Shown: one piece after another, positions 63,974 to 64,000 of the stretch
How the letters are laid out: each line of letters starts with the position of its first letter
Numbering within the stretch: the first letter of the stretch is position 1
Assembly: GCA_002245135.1 (NCBI GenBank)
Contig: NGBS01000594.1
Coordinates: 62,001 to 126,000, forward strand
Direction: 5' to 3'
Length of the DNA: 64,000 bases
Source: Proteromonas lacertae
Lineage: Eukaryota
The notes under the pieces: generated by a model
Databases searched by the model: none
Seen by the model: only the letters and a program-made list of their open reading frames with translations
Told to the model about the DNA's origin: nothing
Made by a program: the position numbers and the translations under genes

Positions 63974-64000
63974 TAATAAGCCTTGATGGAGTAGAAAATA

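Noticed and set aside
1..64000. tRNA, rRNA, LTR/RT or DDE transposase genes
   Set aside because: None recognised by eye; a covariance-model or HMM scan would be needed to exclude them.

Overview
Very AT-rich, gene-dense eukaryotic nuclear DNA. Most genes are split by tiny GT-AG introns (about 26-38 nt), so the ORF track fragments them. The intron size, exact TGTTTGTT motifs downstream of several stop codons and a mitochondrion-targeted ribosomal S9 suggest a low-GC Blastocystis-lineage stramenopile (inference). Housekeeping genes include GH38 alpha-mannosidase, DDX52/Rok1, a PAP2 phosphatase, eIF4E, PRP4 kinase, prefoldin 4, SNW1 and mitochondrial S9. They are interleaved with expanded families: three pseudokinase-LRR genes, GT31 glycosyltransferases, six NZF/RanBP2-finger + Tudor-knot genes, a BTB-Ig-SPRY gene and a double PWWP/PHD gene. 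The most unusual part is 21.3-32.1 kb. There, two Crinkler/RHS-like genes with a tandem (P-loop NTPase + restriction-endonuclease-fold) x2 design flank a ~4.5 kb foreign-looking island. The island carries five co-oriented orphan genes, is saturated with GAGGA/TCCTC, and ends in a cluster of hairpins that includes a GC-rich stem-loop. All family assignments come from motif recognition by eye; no searches were run.
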